Assembly (NCBI GenBank): GCA_965237565.1
Contig: OZ250145.1
Coordinates: 1,214,568-1,278,567, forward strand
Length of the DNA: 64,000 nucleotides
DNA from: Bdellovibrionales bacterium
GTDB lineage: Bacteria > Bdellovibrionota > Bdellovibrionia > Bdellovibrionales > UBA1609
Direction: 5' to 3'
The notes under the pieces were generated by a model. The model ran no database searches and was not told the origin of the DNA. It saw only the letters and a program-made list of their open reading frames with translations. Shown piece by piece: positions 1 through 9,326 of the stretch; the stretch's first letter is position 1, and the number at the start of each line of letters is the position of its first letter. The position numbers and the translations under genes are program-made.

Positions 1-2
1 CG

Positions 3-692
3 GCTCTTCTTTCCACAAAAAAAATCGTAGAAATAGCGGAAAAATACGGGAAGAAAGTTCATATCCTCCATGTCACAACGGAAGAGGAGATCCAGTTTTT
101 GGCCAAAAAGAGGGATTTTGCCTCTGTGGAGGTGACCCCTCAACACCTAAGTTTGGTGGCCCCTGATTGCTATGAAAAGCTAGGCACTCTCGCTCAAATG
201 AATCCCCCTATCAGAGAGAAAAGACATTCAAAAGCCCTGTGGGAGGCCCTTCGTTCAGGCCTAGTGACGATGATGGGTTCAGACCACGCTCCCCATAGCT
301 TGGAAGAAAAACAAAAAACCTATCCGGAATCTCCTGCCGGGATGCCTGGAACACAGACCATGCTTCCCCTCATGCTAGACCATGTGAACCAAAAAAGATT
401 GAGTTTAAAAAGACTGACTGAACTTTTGGCTATAAACCCTCACCGACATTACAAAATTGAAAAACAGGGGATGATTCGGGAAGGATTTATGGCTAATCTA
501 AGCTTCATTGACCTGAAAAAGAGAGCAACAATTTCAGGCGATTGGCTAGCTTCAAAATGTGCTTGGTCGCCTTTTGAAGGAAAAACCCTTACCGGTTGGC
601 CAATGGGGGTTTTGCTCCATGGGCAATGGGCCATGAGAGAAACTGAACTCATTGGTGAAAAAAAAGGTCTGGCTCTACAATTTGGGAGATGA
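3..692 (+). CDS. pyrC: Dihydroorotase, C-terminal part (5' end lies upstream of the window)
   Basis: The frame is open from the window edge (ALLSTKKIVEIAEKYGKKVHILHVTTEEE...) and continues into ORF 99..692. It contains the amidohydrolase/DHOase-type motif GSDHAPH. Confidence 0.85.
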   Translation, partial: ALLSTKKIVEIAEKYGKKVHILHVTTEEEIQFLAKKRDFASVEVTPQHLSLVAPDCYEKLGTLAQMNPPIREKRHSKALWEALRSGLVTMMGSDHAPHSLEEKQKTYPESPAGMPGTQTMLPLMLDHVNQKRLSLKRLTELLAINPHRHYKIEKQGMIREGFMANLSFIDLKKRATISGDWLASKCAWSPFEGKTLTGWPMGVLLHGQWAMRETELIGEKKGLALQFGR

Positions 693-1528
693 AGAATATG
701 CTCGCTAAAATGACTCAACTCTTTTCATTAAAGAAATTTTTATCCCTTTGTTTTTTTCTCATGTGTTTGAGCTGTTTACAAGCTTTTGCTCTCGACCCAA
801 CAAGCTCCTATGGCAAAACAATAAAAGAAAAAATCAGCCAAGGTTTGGAAAAGATTAGTAAACAGGCAAAATCTTATGGAAAAGATGTAAAAAAATTCAG
901 TCAAAAAACAAAGTCTTATGAAAAAGGTGTAAAAAGTTTTGAGCAAAAAGAAAAATTTTATGGTGAAAGTGCTAAAACAATACACGACAAAGTGGCTTCC
1001 TATGGAAAAGCCGTGAGGCATTTTAGAGAGAGAATACGTCCCTTCCCCCATTTTTTAGACCTTGCCATCGGCTCCAATTTGCTTCCCTCAATTTACCCGC
1101 TCAAGTTGGCAATCATCCCTCCGATACTTTCCCTCCACGTTCGTTACCGCCGAGAAAAATGGGGAAGTACTAAGTGGCCTGTGATTTTTTCTGCTCACTA
1201 TGAGTGGGATTTTAATTCCTCCTCCCCTGATCGAATAGAAAAAGTTTACGCTCTGATTGGCACTCGTGTTCCCCGCAGTCATGATTTGAATAAGGTGCAT
1301 GTAGATTTTTTGGCGGGAACTTCTTTTTTTATCAAATATCCCGAAAAAGATTTTTCTCCCTACATACCCATAGAACTGAGACTGCTTTTTACATACATTC
1401 TCAGCCCCGCTCACAAAACGGCCAGAATCTATGTGCAGGGAGGACTGAAATCCGAAATCATCTTTCGAGAAAATACCGAGTACCAGTTTGGCCTCGTGAT
1501 TCGAATCGGGCTGGACCTTTACATCTAA
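689..1528 (+). CDS. Hypothetical exported protein with Lys-rich SYGK repeats
   Basis: ORF track. ATGA overlap with the pyrC stop. Hydrophobic signal-like N-terminus (FLSLCFFLMCLSCLQAFA). Repeats centred on SYGK/SYEK/FYGE with 14-aa spacing. No family recognised. Confidence 0.5.
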   Translation: MKNMLAKMTQLFSLKKFLSLCFFLMCLSCLQAFALDPTSSYGKTIKEKISQGLEKISKQAKSYGKDVKKFSQKTKSYEKGVKSFEQKEKFYGESAKTIHDKVASYGKAVRHFRERIRPFPHFLDLAIGSNLLPSIYPLKLAIIPPILSLHVRYRREKWGSTKWPVIFSAHYEWDFNSSSPDRIEKVYALIGTRVPRSHDLNKVHVDFLAGTSFFIKYPEKDFSPYIPIELRLLFTYILSPAHKTARIYVQGGLKSEIIFRENTEYQFGLVIRIGLDLYI

Positions 1529-1538
1529 GAGAAAAAGC

Positions 1539-2018
1539 ATGACAGAGCCATTGATCAATATCATTCCTCCTTCCTTAGCCCTCACAAGTGGAGCCGATTT
1601 ATGGGTTGTTAGCGACTCCCAACACAGCCGATGGAATCAAAAAATTGATTGGTACATCCGATTCCAGATGAGAAAAAACAATCTTCAAAAAAGAAAAACC
1701 ACTTCAAAAGAAATGAAAACACTTTTAGAAAAACACAAGATTCAAATCAATGAATGGAACCTCAAAAAAACCTCTCCCCTTTTGGTAGAGAGCTCTCAAT
1801 TTTTGCCAACTTACTCAGTTTTGGAACTCGCCTACAGGGATGATTGGAGCCAAAGCGTTTATGAGATATGGAAGTCCATGAGAACCCCTTCGCTAAGAAT
1901 TTTCTTGCCCTTCTCACTACCATTTAATGAATTCAAAAAACTATGGTCTCCCTCTGAAAAATTACATACCATAGAATGTGTGGTGAAGGATTTTGAAAAA
2001 CAAAAGGATGAATTGTAA
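1539..2018 (+). CDS. Hypothetical protein
   Basis: ORF track. It lies 10 nt after the previous gene and abuts the GTG start of ppsR. No motifs recognised. Confidence 0.45.
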   Translation: MTEPLINIIPPSLALTSGADLWVVSDSQHSRWNQKIDWYIRFQMRKNNLQKRKTTSKEMKTLLEKHKIQINEWNLKKTSPLLVESSQFLPTYSVLELAYRDDWSQSVYEIWKSMRTPSLRIFLPFSLPFNEFKKLWSPSEKLHTIECVVKDFEKQKDEL

Positions 2019-2852
2019 GTGAAACCACTTTTTAAAGTCTACATTCTCTCGGATGGTACGGGAGAGACAGCCTCAGCAGTGTTAAAAGCTGCGCTGGTTC
2101 AGTACAAATCCGACCAAGCACAGGTGGTTCGATACCAAAATATTCGAACCAAGGAACAAACCCTCGCTATCATTGAAAAATTAGATAAAAAACACAGCCT
2201 TTTGATTTACACCACCGTATTGCCAGAAGTGAGAGAGGTGATTCAAAAAACTTATGCAAAAAACAAAATGAAGTCCATAGATGTTTTGGGGCCTCTTTTA
2301 AAAAACCTCGATGAGGTGTTGGAAAGTGATAAGGAAAAAATCCCCGGTTTGTTAAGAAGTGTGGATGAAAATTACTTTAAAAGGATTGAAGCTACAGAAT
2401 TTTCCCTCAGACATGATGACGGCAAATCAGTTAGTCGTTTGATAGATGCAGATATTGTCCTTGTAGGAGTGAGCCGAACGAGCAAAACCCCTCTCTCTAT
2501 TTATCTGAGCTTTAAGGGATTGAAAGTAGCCAATATACCCTTGGTGTTGGGCATCCCTTTGCCAACTAATTTAAAAAAATTGGACCATAGAAGGATTATT
2601 GGTTTAACCATTGATACAGACAATTTGATTCGTATCAGGAAGAACAGATTGAAAAAGTTTGGATGGAATTTTGATAGAGAGTATGCAGATAAGGCTCATA
2701 TTTTAAATGAGATGGAGTATTCGAGAGAAATTTTTGAAAAACATAGATGGCCAGTCGTGAATGTCACCGATCGAGCCCTAGAAGAAACGGCCGGAGAAGT
2801 TATACGTATTATGCGCTCTCGAAGGGGATTGCTAGGTGACACTCCGATTTAA
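2019..2852 (+). CDS. ppsR: PEP synthase / pyruvate phosphate dikinase regulatory protein (DUF299 kinase-pyrophosphorylase)
   Basis: N-terminal VYILSDGTGETA and P-loop-like GVSRTSKTPLS motifs. The 277-aa length is typical. GTG start. Confidence 0.85.
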   Translation: MKPLFKVYILSDGTGETASAVLKAALVQYKSDQAQVVRYQNIRTKEQTLAIIEKLDKKHSLLIYTTVLPEVREVIQKTYAKNKMKSIDVLGPLLKNLDEVLESDKEKIPGLLRSVDENYFKRIEATEFSLRHDDGKSVSRLIDADIVLVGVSRTSKTPLSIYLSFKGLKVANIPLVLGIPLPTNLKKLDHRRIIGLTIDTDNLIRIRKNRLKKFGWNFDREYADKAHILNEMEYSREIFEKHRWPVVNVTDRALEETAGEVIRIMRSRRGLLGDTPI

Positions 2853-2884
2853 AAACAAGCGATACCTTTTGAAATCTTTATTTT

Positions 2885-3451
2885 TTATGTGGCTGGACCA
2901 AGTACACACTGCACTCCAAAACCTGTTAGCCTCTGAGTAGGTGTCATAAGCAAATATGTTTGGCTGGTCGTAACCTCATAAATGACAACCGATCCAAACC
3001 TAGATGGATCAGCCGAACTAACAAGAATGACCATCAAACCATCAATGTGCTCAGTGGGAGAAAGAACGCTACCATAATAGGTCTTTGTGTTTTTGTTGTA
3101 TGTGACTTTCGCCTTCAGAGTTTGTTCACCAACATCTTGGTAAATCAAAGAAACGTCGAAATAATGGTTCGCACCATCTGCTGCTTCCCTTGATTCCAGT
3201 TTGCATTCTCCGCTTCCTTCCATTGCCAAATAAGTACTTTCCTGACTGAGCAAGCCAGTTTGTACCAAGAGTTTTTTTTCCTCTCCTGTGTTTGTAACAT
3301 TTCCAGTATCACCAGTGAGATTGTTGGTGGGTGTTAATCCATCAGCATCTGGTGTTGGTTGATAGCCTCTTGGATCCTTTTTCTTACCAAAAAAATCAGA
3401 ACAAGATAGCAATGAAAAACAAAGTAAAGCGAGACATATTTTTTGAAACAT
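2885..3451 (-). CDS. Hypothetical lipoprotein
   Basis: Signal peptide with a lipobox-like LLSC (MFQKICLALLCFSLLSCSDFF). No family recognised. Confidence 0.55.
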   Translation of the reverse strand: MFQKICLALLCFSLLSCSDFFGKKKDPRGYQPTPDADGLTPTNNLTGDTGNVTNTGEEKKLLVQTGLLSQESTYLAMEGSGECKLESREAADGANHYFDVSLIYQDVGEQTLKAKVTYNKNTKTYYGSVLSPTEHIDGLMVILVSSADPSRFGSVVIYEVTTSQTYLLMTPTQRLTGFGVQCVLGPAT

Positions 3452-3469
3452 AATTACTTACTCCTTCTA

Positions 3470-4300
3470 TTATTTTCTGTGGCGAGAAGAGGAATGATGT
3501 TCTCTTCTCCTGTGGCGAGAAGAGGAACCTTTTCCCCCTCTGTGTTTTTCCCTACTAGATTTTCTAGATAATTTTTTTCTTCTTTTTCTCAAAAAATAAA
3601 CAAGCAAAGCCAGTAAGAGCAGAAGCAAAAGAAACAAAACTTTGGGGTTTTTCAATAAGCTTTCCCCTTCTCCCTCTCCATACATTTCATCATCCAGTCC
3701 AAGTTCTTTTTCGGCATCAATTATACCCTGAATGTAATCCTGAGTACTCCCCACTCCCACATCGCCACCCCTTCCAACGGAAAAATCTGCAGGAGCTTTG
3801 AATACACGTAAACTGTTGATGGATTTTGCAAAATCAGAAGCATATTGCTTATAATGTTTTTTGTGGGCGCTATAGGTGACCAAAATACCCAAGCTTCCCT
3901 TGGTTGTTACCAAGTAGCGGGTGTAATAGTTGGGCACTTCTGAGCCTCCTTGAAAGCCATCCACCCACATGTGTCCATTGAGGACCCGTTGTTTGGCATG
4001 AAAAACCTTGGAGGGAGTGCTCGCCTCTCCCTTTCGACGAGATTTTACTTGGCGAGATGTTTTTACGTGCTTTAAATAAAGAGCCAAGGAATCCGAAGGA
4101 CCTTTTTGCTTCGCAGTCAAAATGATCATCGCTTCCGAAGCTTTTTTTCTATTGAATTTGTTTGCACATATCCAGTCGGTTCCCTCTGGATGGCATTGCC
4201 AGTTGTTTAAAAGATCAAAACTCACATAACTACTGACAAATTTCTTGGCAAAAGCAGGGGAAAAACTCAGCAAAATAGAAAAAATCAGCACTCGTCTCAT
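3470..4300 (-). CDS. Hypothetical exported, C-terminally membrane-anchored protein with Arg/His/Ser-rich tail
   Basis: Signal peptide (ILLSFSPAFA), a poly-Leu TM segment (LFLLLLLLLALLVYFL), then a basic tail. An 18-nt exact repeat at 33-nt period (3477-3494 / 3510-3527) encodes SSSRHR twice. Confidence 0.55.
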   Translation of the reverse strand: MRRVLIFSILLSFSPAFAKKFVSSYVSFDLLNNWQCHPEGTDWICANKFNRKKASEAMIILTAKQKGPSDSLALYLKHVKTSRQVKSRRKGEASTPSKVFHAKQRVLNGHMWVDGFQGGSEVPNYYTRYLVTTKGSLGILVTYSAHKKHYKQYASDFAKSINSLRVFKAPADFSVGRGGDVGVGSTQDYIQGIIDAEKELGLDDEMYGEGEGESLLKNPKVLFLLLLLLLALLVYFLRKRRKKLSRKSSREKHRGGKGSSSRHRRREHHSSSRHRK

Positions 4301-4373
4301 TTTGCCCCTATCGGACGCTAAGCCTCCTTATTACAGCTTTTTTCACCCCTAGAAAGCAATCTCAAAGGATTTT

Positions 4374-4394
4374 GGTATAAATAGGACTTATACC
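4374..4394. promoter_or_regulatory. Candidate LysR-type operator (perfect dyad GGTATAA-N7-TTATACC containing T-N11-A)
   Basis: Perfect 7-bp inverted repeat read directly from the sequence. It sits 43 bp upstream of the LysR-family gene start, in the divergent intergenic region. Confidence 0.3.
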
Positions 4395-4437
4395 TTGTCT
4401 TTACTCCACGTTACCCATAAAACTGATAGCCAAGGAA

Positions 4438-5349
4438 ATGATGGATTTTCAGCAGTTGATGACATTTTGTACGGTTGTCTCAGAGGGAAGTATGACAGCG
4501 GCCGCTGCGAAGCTCTCTGTCACTCAGCCAGCAGTGAGCCAACAAATCAGAAATTTGGAAACAGAGCTGGGTACAAAAATTGTCGTAAGAGGAGTGAGAC
4601 ACATTCGCCTCACTGTACAAGGACAACTTCTTTATAACCACGCAAGAAAAATCCTCAATCTCATGCAAAATGTGCGAACTGCTGTACAAACCATGTCGGA
4701 TGATTTGGAAGGAGAGATACAAATTGGAACTCTCAACTCCATCGGCATCAATCTCATCACTCCCATCATTGGAGCCATTTTAAAACCCAGTCAGCAAAAA
4801 CTACACATGGGACTTTCTTATGGTATTGGCTCTGAAATCATAAAAAAAATGCGAGATAAAGAAATCGACATTGCCATTTTACCTGACCTAAAAAGCGAAT
4901 ATGGATTGGAGCTCCCCTACTATGGATCTCAGTTCCTGTTCAAAGACGAATTGCTATTTGTGGGTTCTGGGCAAGCGAGTTCCCTGCCCAAAACAATGTC
5001 CATAAAAGATATGGGGATGCGCCCTATGGTGGGTTTTAAAAATCTCTTTCCTTCTTTTCGAAATTATTTTGACCAACTCAAAACAGAAAATCACATTGGA
5101 ATCAAACCAGTTTTTGAAAGCAATAATGTTGGAACGCTGAAAAGAATGATAGAGGCGTGGATGTGCTGGGGATTCTTACCATCTCACAGTATTCACAAAC
5201 AAATCCGAATGGGACGTCTTTCTGTGATACAAATTGAGGGCCTAAGCTATTCAATGAATATCAATGCCTATTACCGAGTGGATCTACCTGAAAAGAAAAA
5301 AATCATTGATACATTTTTGATGATGCTACAAAAGCAAAATCATTTTTGA
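4438..5349 (+). CDS. LysR family transcriptional regulator
   Basis: N-terminal wHTH (FCTVVSEGSMTAAAAKLSVTQPAVSQQIRNLETELG) and a ~300-aa length with a substrate-binding-like C-terminal part. Confidence 0.9.
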   Translation: MMDFQQLMTFCTVVSEGSMTAAAAKLSVTQPAVSQQIRNLETELGTKIVVRGVRHIRLTVQGQLLYNHARKILNLMQNVRTAVQTMSDDLEGEIQIGTLNSIGINLITPIIGAILKPSQQKLHMGLSYGIGSEIIKKMRDKEIDIAILPDLKSEYGLELPYYGSQFLFKDELLFVGSGQASSLPKTMSIKDMGMRPMVGFKNLFPSFRNYFDQLKTENHIGIKPVFESNNVGTLKRMIEAWMCWGFLPSHSIHKQIRMGRLSVIQIEGLSYSMNINAYYRVDLPEKKKIIDTFLMMLQKQNHF

Positions 5350-5552
5350 TCAGATGATGTAAAATCTTTTTCCTTAGAATCTTTTTCCTTAGAATCTGGT
5401 TCTTTAAAGATTTTTTCTGACTCACTTGCAAGGTCGGGCAAAGACTCTTTATGTTTCTCATACTCTTTATTTTCTATTCTTTGTTGCTGAAAACTCGAAT
5501 CAGCAATTCTTTTATCGAATTTAAACTCTTTAATAATACCATTTAGTTTCAT
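5340..5552 (-). CDS. Small hypothetical acidic/Lys-rich protein (70 aa)
   Basis: Strong SD (AAAGGAGAGATATA) immediately upstream of the ATG on the minus strand. Contains a 15-nt tandem duplication (DSKEKDSKEKD). No homology recognised. Confidence 0.4.
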   Translation of the reverse strand: MKLNGIIKEFKFDKRIADSSFQQQRIENKEYEKHKESLPDLASESEKIFKEPDSKEKDSKEKDFTSSDQK

Positions 5553-5640
5553 TATATCTCTCCTTTTTTACTATACGTTTTGATTTTCTTTTTCCCGCTC
5601 CTCCCGCCTAGCCGAAGGAAAAAAAAACACCTACAAAAAA

Positions 5641-6363
5641 TCACTCATCATCAGACAAAGTCTTGAATCCACGAAGGCGAGCCAAAGAAGAAGCCAGATG
5701 TTTTTGCCAAGTCCCTCTTAATTTAAGAAATAAAAGACCAGAAATCAAGCCCCCTAAATGAGCTAAATTGGCCGTGGTACCACCCAGACCAGAACCCAAA
5801 ACAGTCAATAACTCGACCGCAGCGATGAGAATAATAAAGTGCCTCGCCCGCATGGGAATAAAAAACATAAACAAAACCATGCGCTCGCCAAAAATCAAAC
5901 CATAAGCCAATAAAAGGCCAAATATAGCCCCCGAAGCTCCCACAACCGGAGTGGCAGCAATCAAACTATCCCCTCCAAAAAGAAGGTAAATCTGTATGCA
6001 AATAAAATAGATCAAAGCAGAACCTACACCGCAGACAAAGTAGTAGATCAGAAAAAACTTTTTTCCCCATAATCTTTCTAACTCAGAACCAAACATCCAT
6101 AGGATCAGCATGTTAAATAAAATATGAAAAACACCTGCCCCGTGAAGAAACATATAGGTAAAAAATTGCCAGATAAAAAAACGCGAAGACACCAGCGAGG
6201 GAGTGAAGCCAAAAAACCGATACACAAGCGGGAATTCTAAAAAATATGTTTGAAGGACTAAAACCAAAAAAAACCAGCAAGCAACATTGGCGATGACAAG
6301 AAGTTTGACTGCAGAACTTACTTTAGGGGCAAAAAGCTGAGGACCATAGTAGCCTTGCATCAC
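5641..6363 (-). CDS. Rhomboid family intramembrane serine protease
   Basis: Multi-TM protein with the GASGAIFGLL catalytic-Ser motif and a downstream AHLGG His motif. Confidence 0.85.
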   Translation of the reverse strand: MMQGYYGPQLFAPKVSSAVKLLVIANVACWFFLVLVLQTYFLEFPLVYRFFGFTPSLVSSRFFIWQFFTYMFLHGAGVFHILFNMLILWMFGSELERLWGKKFFLIYYFVCGVGSALIYFICIQIYLLFGGDSLIAATPVVGASGAIFGLLLAYGLIFGERMVLFMFFIPMRARHFIILIAAVELLTVLGSGLGGTTANLAHLGGLISGLLFLKLRGTWQKHLASSLARLRGFKTLSDDE

Positions 6364-7310
6364 ATGCCAATGGCTGGAGGAAAAATATAAAGAGGTTGAA
6401 CGCTAAATCGCAAACTCAAAATGACGGGGTCGATGAATTTGGATACTCGGTACAAGGTCTCTCCCCTAAACCACCGACTGAGACTGGAAGAAAATTTTTC
6501 ATTTAGGATTTCAAAGTAGCTTGGTTGGGGAGTGAAAAGGTTTGGGTTTTTCCCTAAACCACAAAGTTCCCCAATACGTTCGATGGCATCTGAATACGTA
6601 CCCACCGAATCAGCTAGTCCTACCGAAACAGCCGTCTCACCAGTAAAAACTCGTGCGTCCGTATAGGGTTCCAATTCCTCAGCAGATAGATCACGTCCTT
6701 TCATCAAAGCCAGCTTGAACTGCTCCAAAAACTCGTTGGCTAAATCTTGAAACAAAACTCTTTCTGCAGGAGTAATTGGACGAGTGGGAGAACCCGCATC
6801 TTTGAATTGTCCTGTTTTGATGACATAAGGATCCAACTTGGCCCATTCGTATAAGCCCGACATATTAATCATCGGAAAAATAACTCCAATTGAACCTACC
6901 AAACTTCCCGCATTTACAAAAATAATAGAAGCCCCTGCACTAGCATAAAGAGCACCGCTTGCCATCATTGAACCAACAGAGATAACCACTGGTTTATTTA
7001 AAACTTGTTTGATTTTATTAAATTCATGGTAAATCTCCTGACTCATGGACACCACTCCACCCGGTGAATCCAAATGAATCAAAACTCCCTTTACTTCTTC
7101 TTCATTGGAGTATTTTCGTAAATCCTTCATGAACTTATTTTTTTCAAAAATTGGACCTTTGAGATCCAAAGCCAAAATCACGCCCTTGCCAGAATGAAAG
7201 GGAATTTTCATTCGCTTTGGCGGAAAAATATTTACCCAATTGAAGAAGAAGACAAACACAGCTACGGCAATGCAGACTTTCCAAAAAAGAGAAAGGTTCT
7301 TTTTTTTCAT
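6360..7310 (-). CDS. sppA: Signal peptide peptidase SppA (36K type)
   Basis: N-terminal TM. ClpP/crotonase-like S49 motifs (GSMMASGALYASAGAS ... GSLVGSIGV). 4-nt overlap with the downstream rhomboid gene. Confidence 0.85.
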   Translation of the reverse strand: MKKKNLSLFWKVCIAVAVFVFFFNWVNIFPPKRMKIPFHSGKGVILALDLKGPIFEKNKFMKDLRKYSNEEEVKGVLIHLDSPGGVVSMSQEIYHEFNKIKQVLNKPVVISVGSMMASGALYASAGASIIFVNAGSLVGSIGVIFPMINMSGLYEWAKLDPYVIKTGQFKDAGSPTRPITPAERVLFQDLANEFLEQFKLALMKGRDLSAEELEPYTDARVFTGETAVSVGLADSVGTYSDAIERIGELCGLGKNPNLFTPQPSYFEILNEKFSSSLSRWFRGETLYRVSKFIDPVILSLRFSVQPLYIFPPAIGM

Positions 7311-7324
7311 AATCCTATTTTTCC

Positions 7325-9262
7325 CTAGTTAGAATCCGACTCATCATCAATGCGAGTGTCAGGAGAGAGCAGCGTTTTGGTTTCTTTAGTTTTGGCACTT
7401 TGTTTTTCAGTTTTATTTTTTCCGCTCAAATCAATCCCCAAAGAAGCTTTTAGAGCCTTGCCGAAAAAACTCTCTGTTTTCTTTTTTCTCGGTGCGGATG
7501 CGGCAGAGATTTCTAGCTCTGATTTTCCCTCTTTTCTTAATTCCACTTGCTTTACACTGAGACCAATTTTTCTCGCTTCCAAATCAATGCTCAAGACTTC
7601 TGCAGTTAAATTTTCATCCAGTTTGACAAAACTTTTCGTATCTTCCACGCGAGTGGTACTCAACTCGCTTACGTGGATGAGGCCCTCCACACCCGGCTCC
7701 AATTCCACAAAGACTCCAAAATCCATAAGCTTCACAACTCTCACCTCATGGCGAGAACCGGGAGGATACTTCGACTCTACATGAAGCCAAGGGTCTCCCT
7801 CTAACTTCTTCAAAGTTAAATTAAAATGCTCATCTTCCACACTCACACCCTTAGAAAACACACTCTTAAGCACATCCCCCACCTTGTATTTCGTTTTTGG
7901 ATCTATATGCTTTGTCCAAGATAAATCCGAAGCGTGAATGAAACCATCCACCTCCTCTTCTCCCTTTACTTTTATAAACATACCAAAATCAGTGACGGAT
8001 TTGACTTCCCCCTCCAACTCCGTCCCCACAGGATACTCCTCCTTCAAACGAATCCAAGGATTGTCTGTAAGCTGTCTGATCCCCAAACTAATGCGATGAT
8101 TTTCCTGATCAATACCCAAAATTTTCACGTCCACTTCTTGCCCCACTTCTAGCATCTCAGAGGGACGTTGAATCTTCTTTCCCCAAGACATTTCACTTAC
8201 ATGGACCAAACCCTCTACTCCATCTCGTAATTTCAAAAAAGCTCCGTAATCGGCGAGATTGACAACTTGGGCCTTCACCACATCATCAATCTTGAACTCT
8301 TTACTGACATTGCTCCAAGGATCATCTTGCAACTGCTTGAGACCCAAACTGACTCGATTTTTTTCTTGATCAAATTTCAATATCTTTACTTCTACCTCTG
8401 CTCCCAGAGAAATCACTTCAGAGGGATGCTTGATGCGACTCCAACTCATGTCCGTGATGTGCAAAAGCCCGTCCAAACCTCCCAAATCCAAAAAGGCTCC
8501 ATAATCTGTAATATTTTTCACCACTCCCTTCACCAAAGCTCCCTCTTTGATCTCCGACAAAGTGCGAGTGCGAAGGTTTTTTCTCTCTTGGCTCAACAAG
8601 GCTCTTCTAGACAAAACAATATTGCCTCGTTTTTGATTGAACTTAATCACCTTGAATTGGTATTTTTTCCCAATATAGCTGTTCAGATTGCGCACTGGAC
8701 GCAATTCAATTTGTGAACCAGGAAGAAAAGCTTTTACTCCAATATCTACGCTCAATCCCCCCTTCACTTTTGCAATCACCGTGCCTTCAATCACTTCCTC
8801 ATTATCAACCACTTTGGAAATATCTTTCCAGATGCGAATGATGTCTGCACGGTCCTTAGAAAGAACCATCATTCCTTCGTCATTCTCAATGCGGTCGATA
8901 TAAACCTCTATTTCTTGGCCAACTTGAAGGTCCTTTTCTTCACCCGGAATCAAGCAAAATTCTGATTTGGGAATCAAGCCCTCGCTTTTGTATTTGATAT
9001 CAACCAAAACATAATCCGATTCCACAGACGCAATACGCCCCTTCACCACATCTCCTTCTTTAAAGTCAGCGGTTTTCAAAGAATTTTCGTAGAGCTTTTG
9101 AAAAGACTCCTCGTCAGCCCCATTTCCCAATGGAGAAGAGTCCGTCTTTTGTGTCACTTCTTCTTGTGCAATCTGCTCTGCATCCGCCTGATCCAAAAGA
9201 CTCATGATTTTTTCTGTCTGGATCTGAGATTTTGTTTTTTTTATTTCGCCGTCCTTAACCAT
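7325..9262 (-). CDS. rpsA: 30S ribosomal protein S1
   Basis: Six consecutive S1 domains (repeated G.VV.G.V..I..YGAF..L. G..GL.H.SE patterns). Classic cmk-rpsA synteny. Confidence 0.95.
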   Translation of the reverse strand: MVKDGEIKKTKSQIQTEKIMSLLDQADAEQIAQEEVTQKTDSSPLGNGADEESFQKLYENSLKTADFKEGDVVKGRIASVESDYVLVDIKYKSEGLIPKSEFCLIPGEEKDLQVGQEIEVYIDRIENDEGMMVLSKDRADIIRIWKDISKVVDNEEVIEGTVIAKVKGGLSVDIGVKAFLPGSQIELRPVRNLNSYIGKKYQFKVIKFNQKRGNIVLSRRALLSQERKNLRTRTLSEIKEGALVKGVVKNITDYGAFLDLGGLDGLLHITDMSWSRIKHPSEVISLGAEVEVKILKFDQEKNRVSLGLKQLQDDPWSNVSKEFKIDDVVKAQVVNLADYGAFLKLRDGVEGLVHVSEMSWGKKIQRPSEMLEVGQEVDVKILGIDQENHRISLGIRQLTDNPWIRLKEEYPVGTELEGEVKSVTDFGMFIKVKGEEEVDGFIHASDLSWTKHIDPKTKYKVGDVLKSVFSKGVSVEDEHFNLTLKKLEGDPWLHVESKYPPGSRHEVRVVKLMDFGVFVELEPGVEGLIHVSELSTTRVEDTKSFVKLDENLTAEVLSIDLEARKIGLSVKQVELRKEGKSELEISAASAPRKKKTESFFGKALKASLGIDLSGKNKTEKQSAKTKETKTLLSPDTRIDDESDSN

Positions 9263-9326
9263 TCACTGTCCCCTATTCACTTGATTCACTCCTGTCAAAG
9301 GAAATTCCACGATATACAAAAAACAC

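Noticed and set aside
4395-4722. Alternative-frame ORFs 4395..4637 (+) and 4480..4722 (-) overlapping the LysR gene
   Set aside because: The LysR frame has an unmistakable wHTH domain, and the overlapping frames have no motifs.
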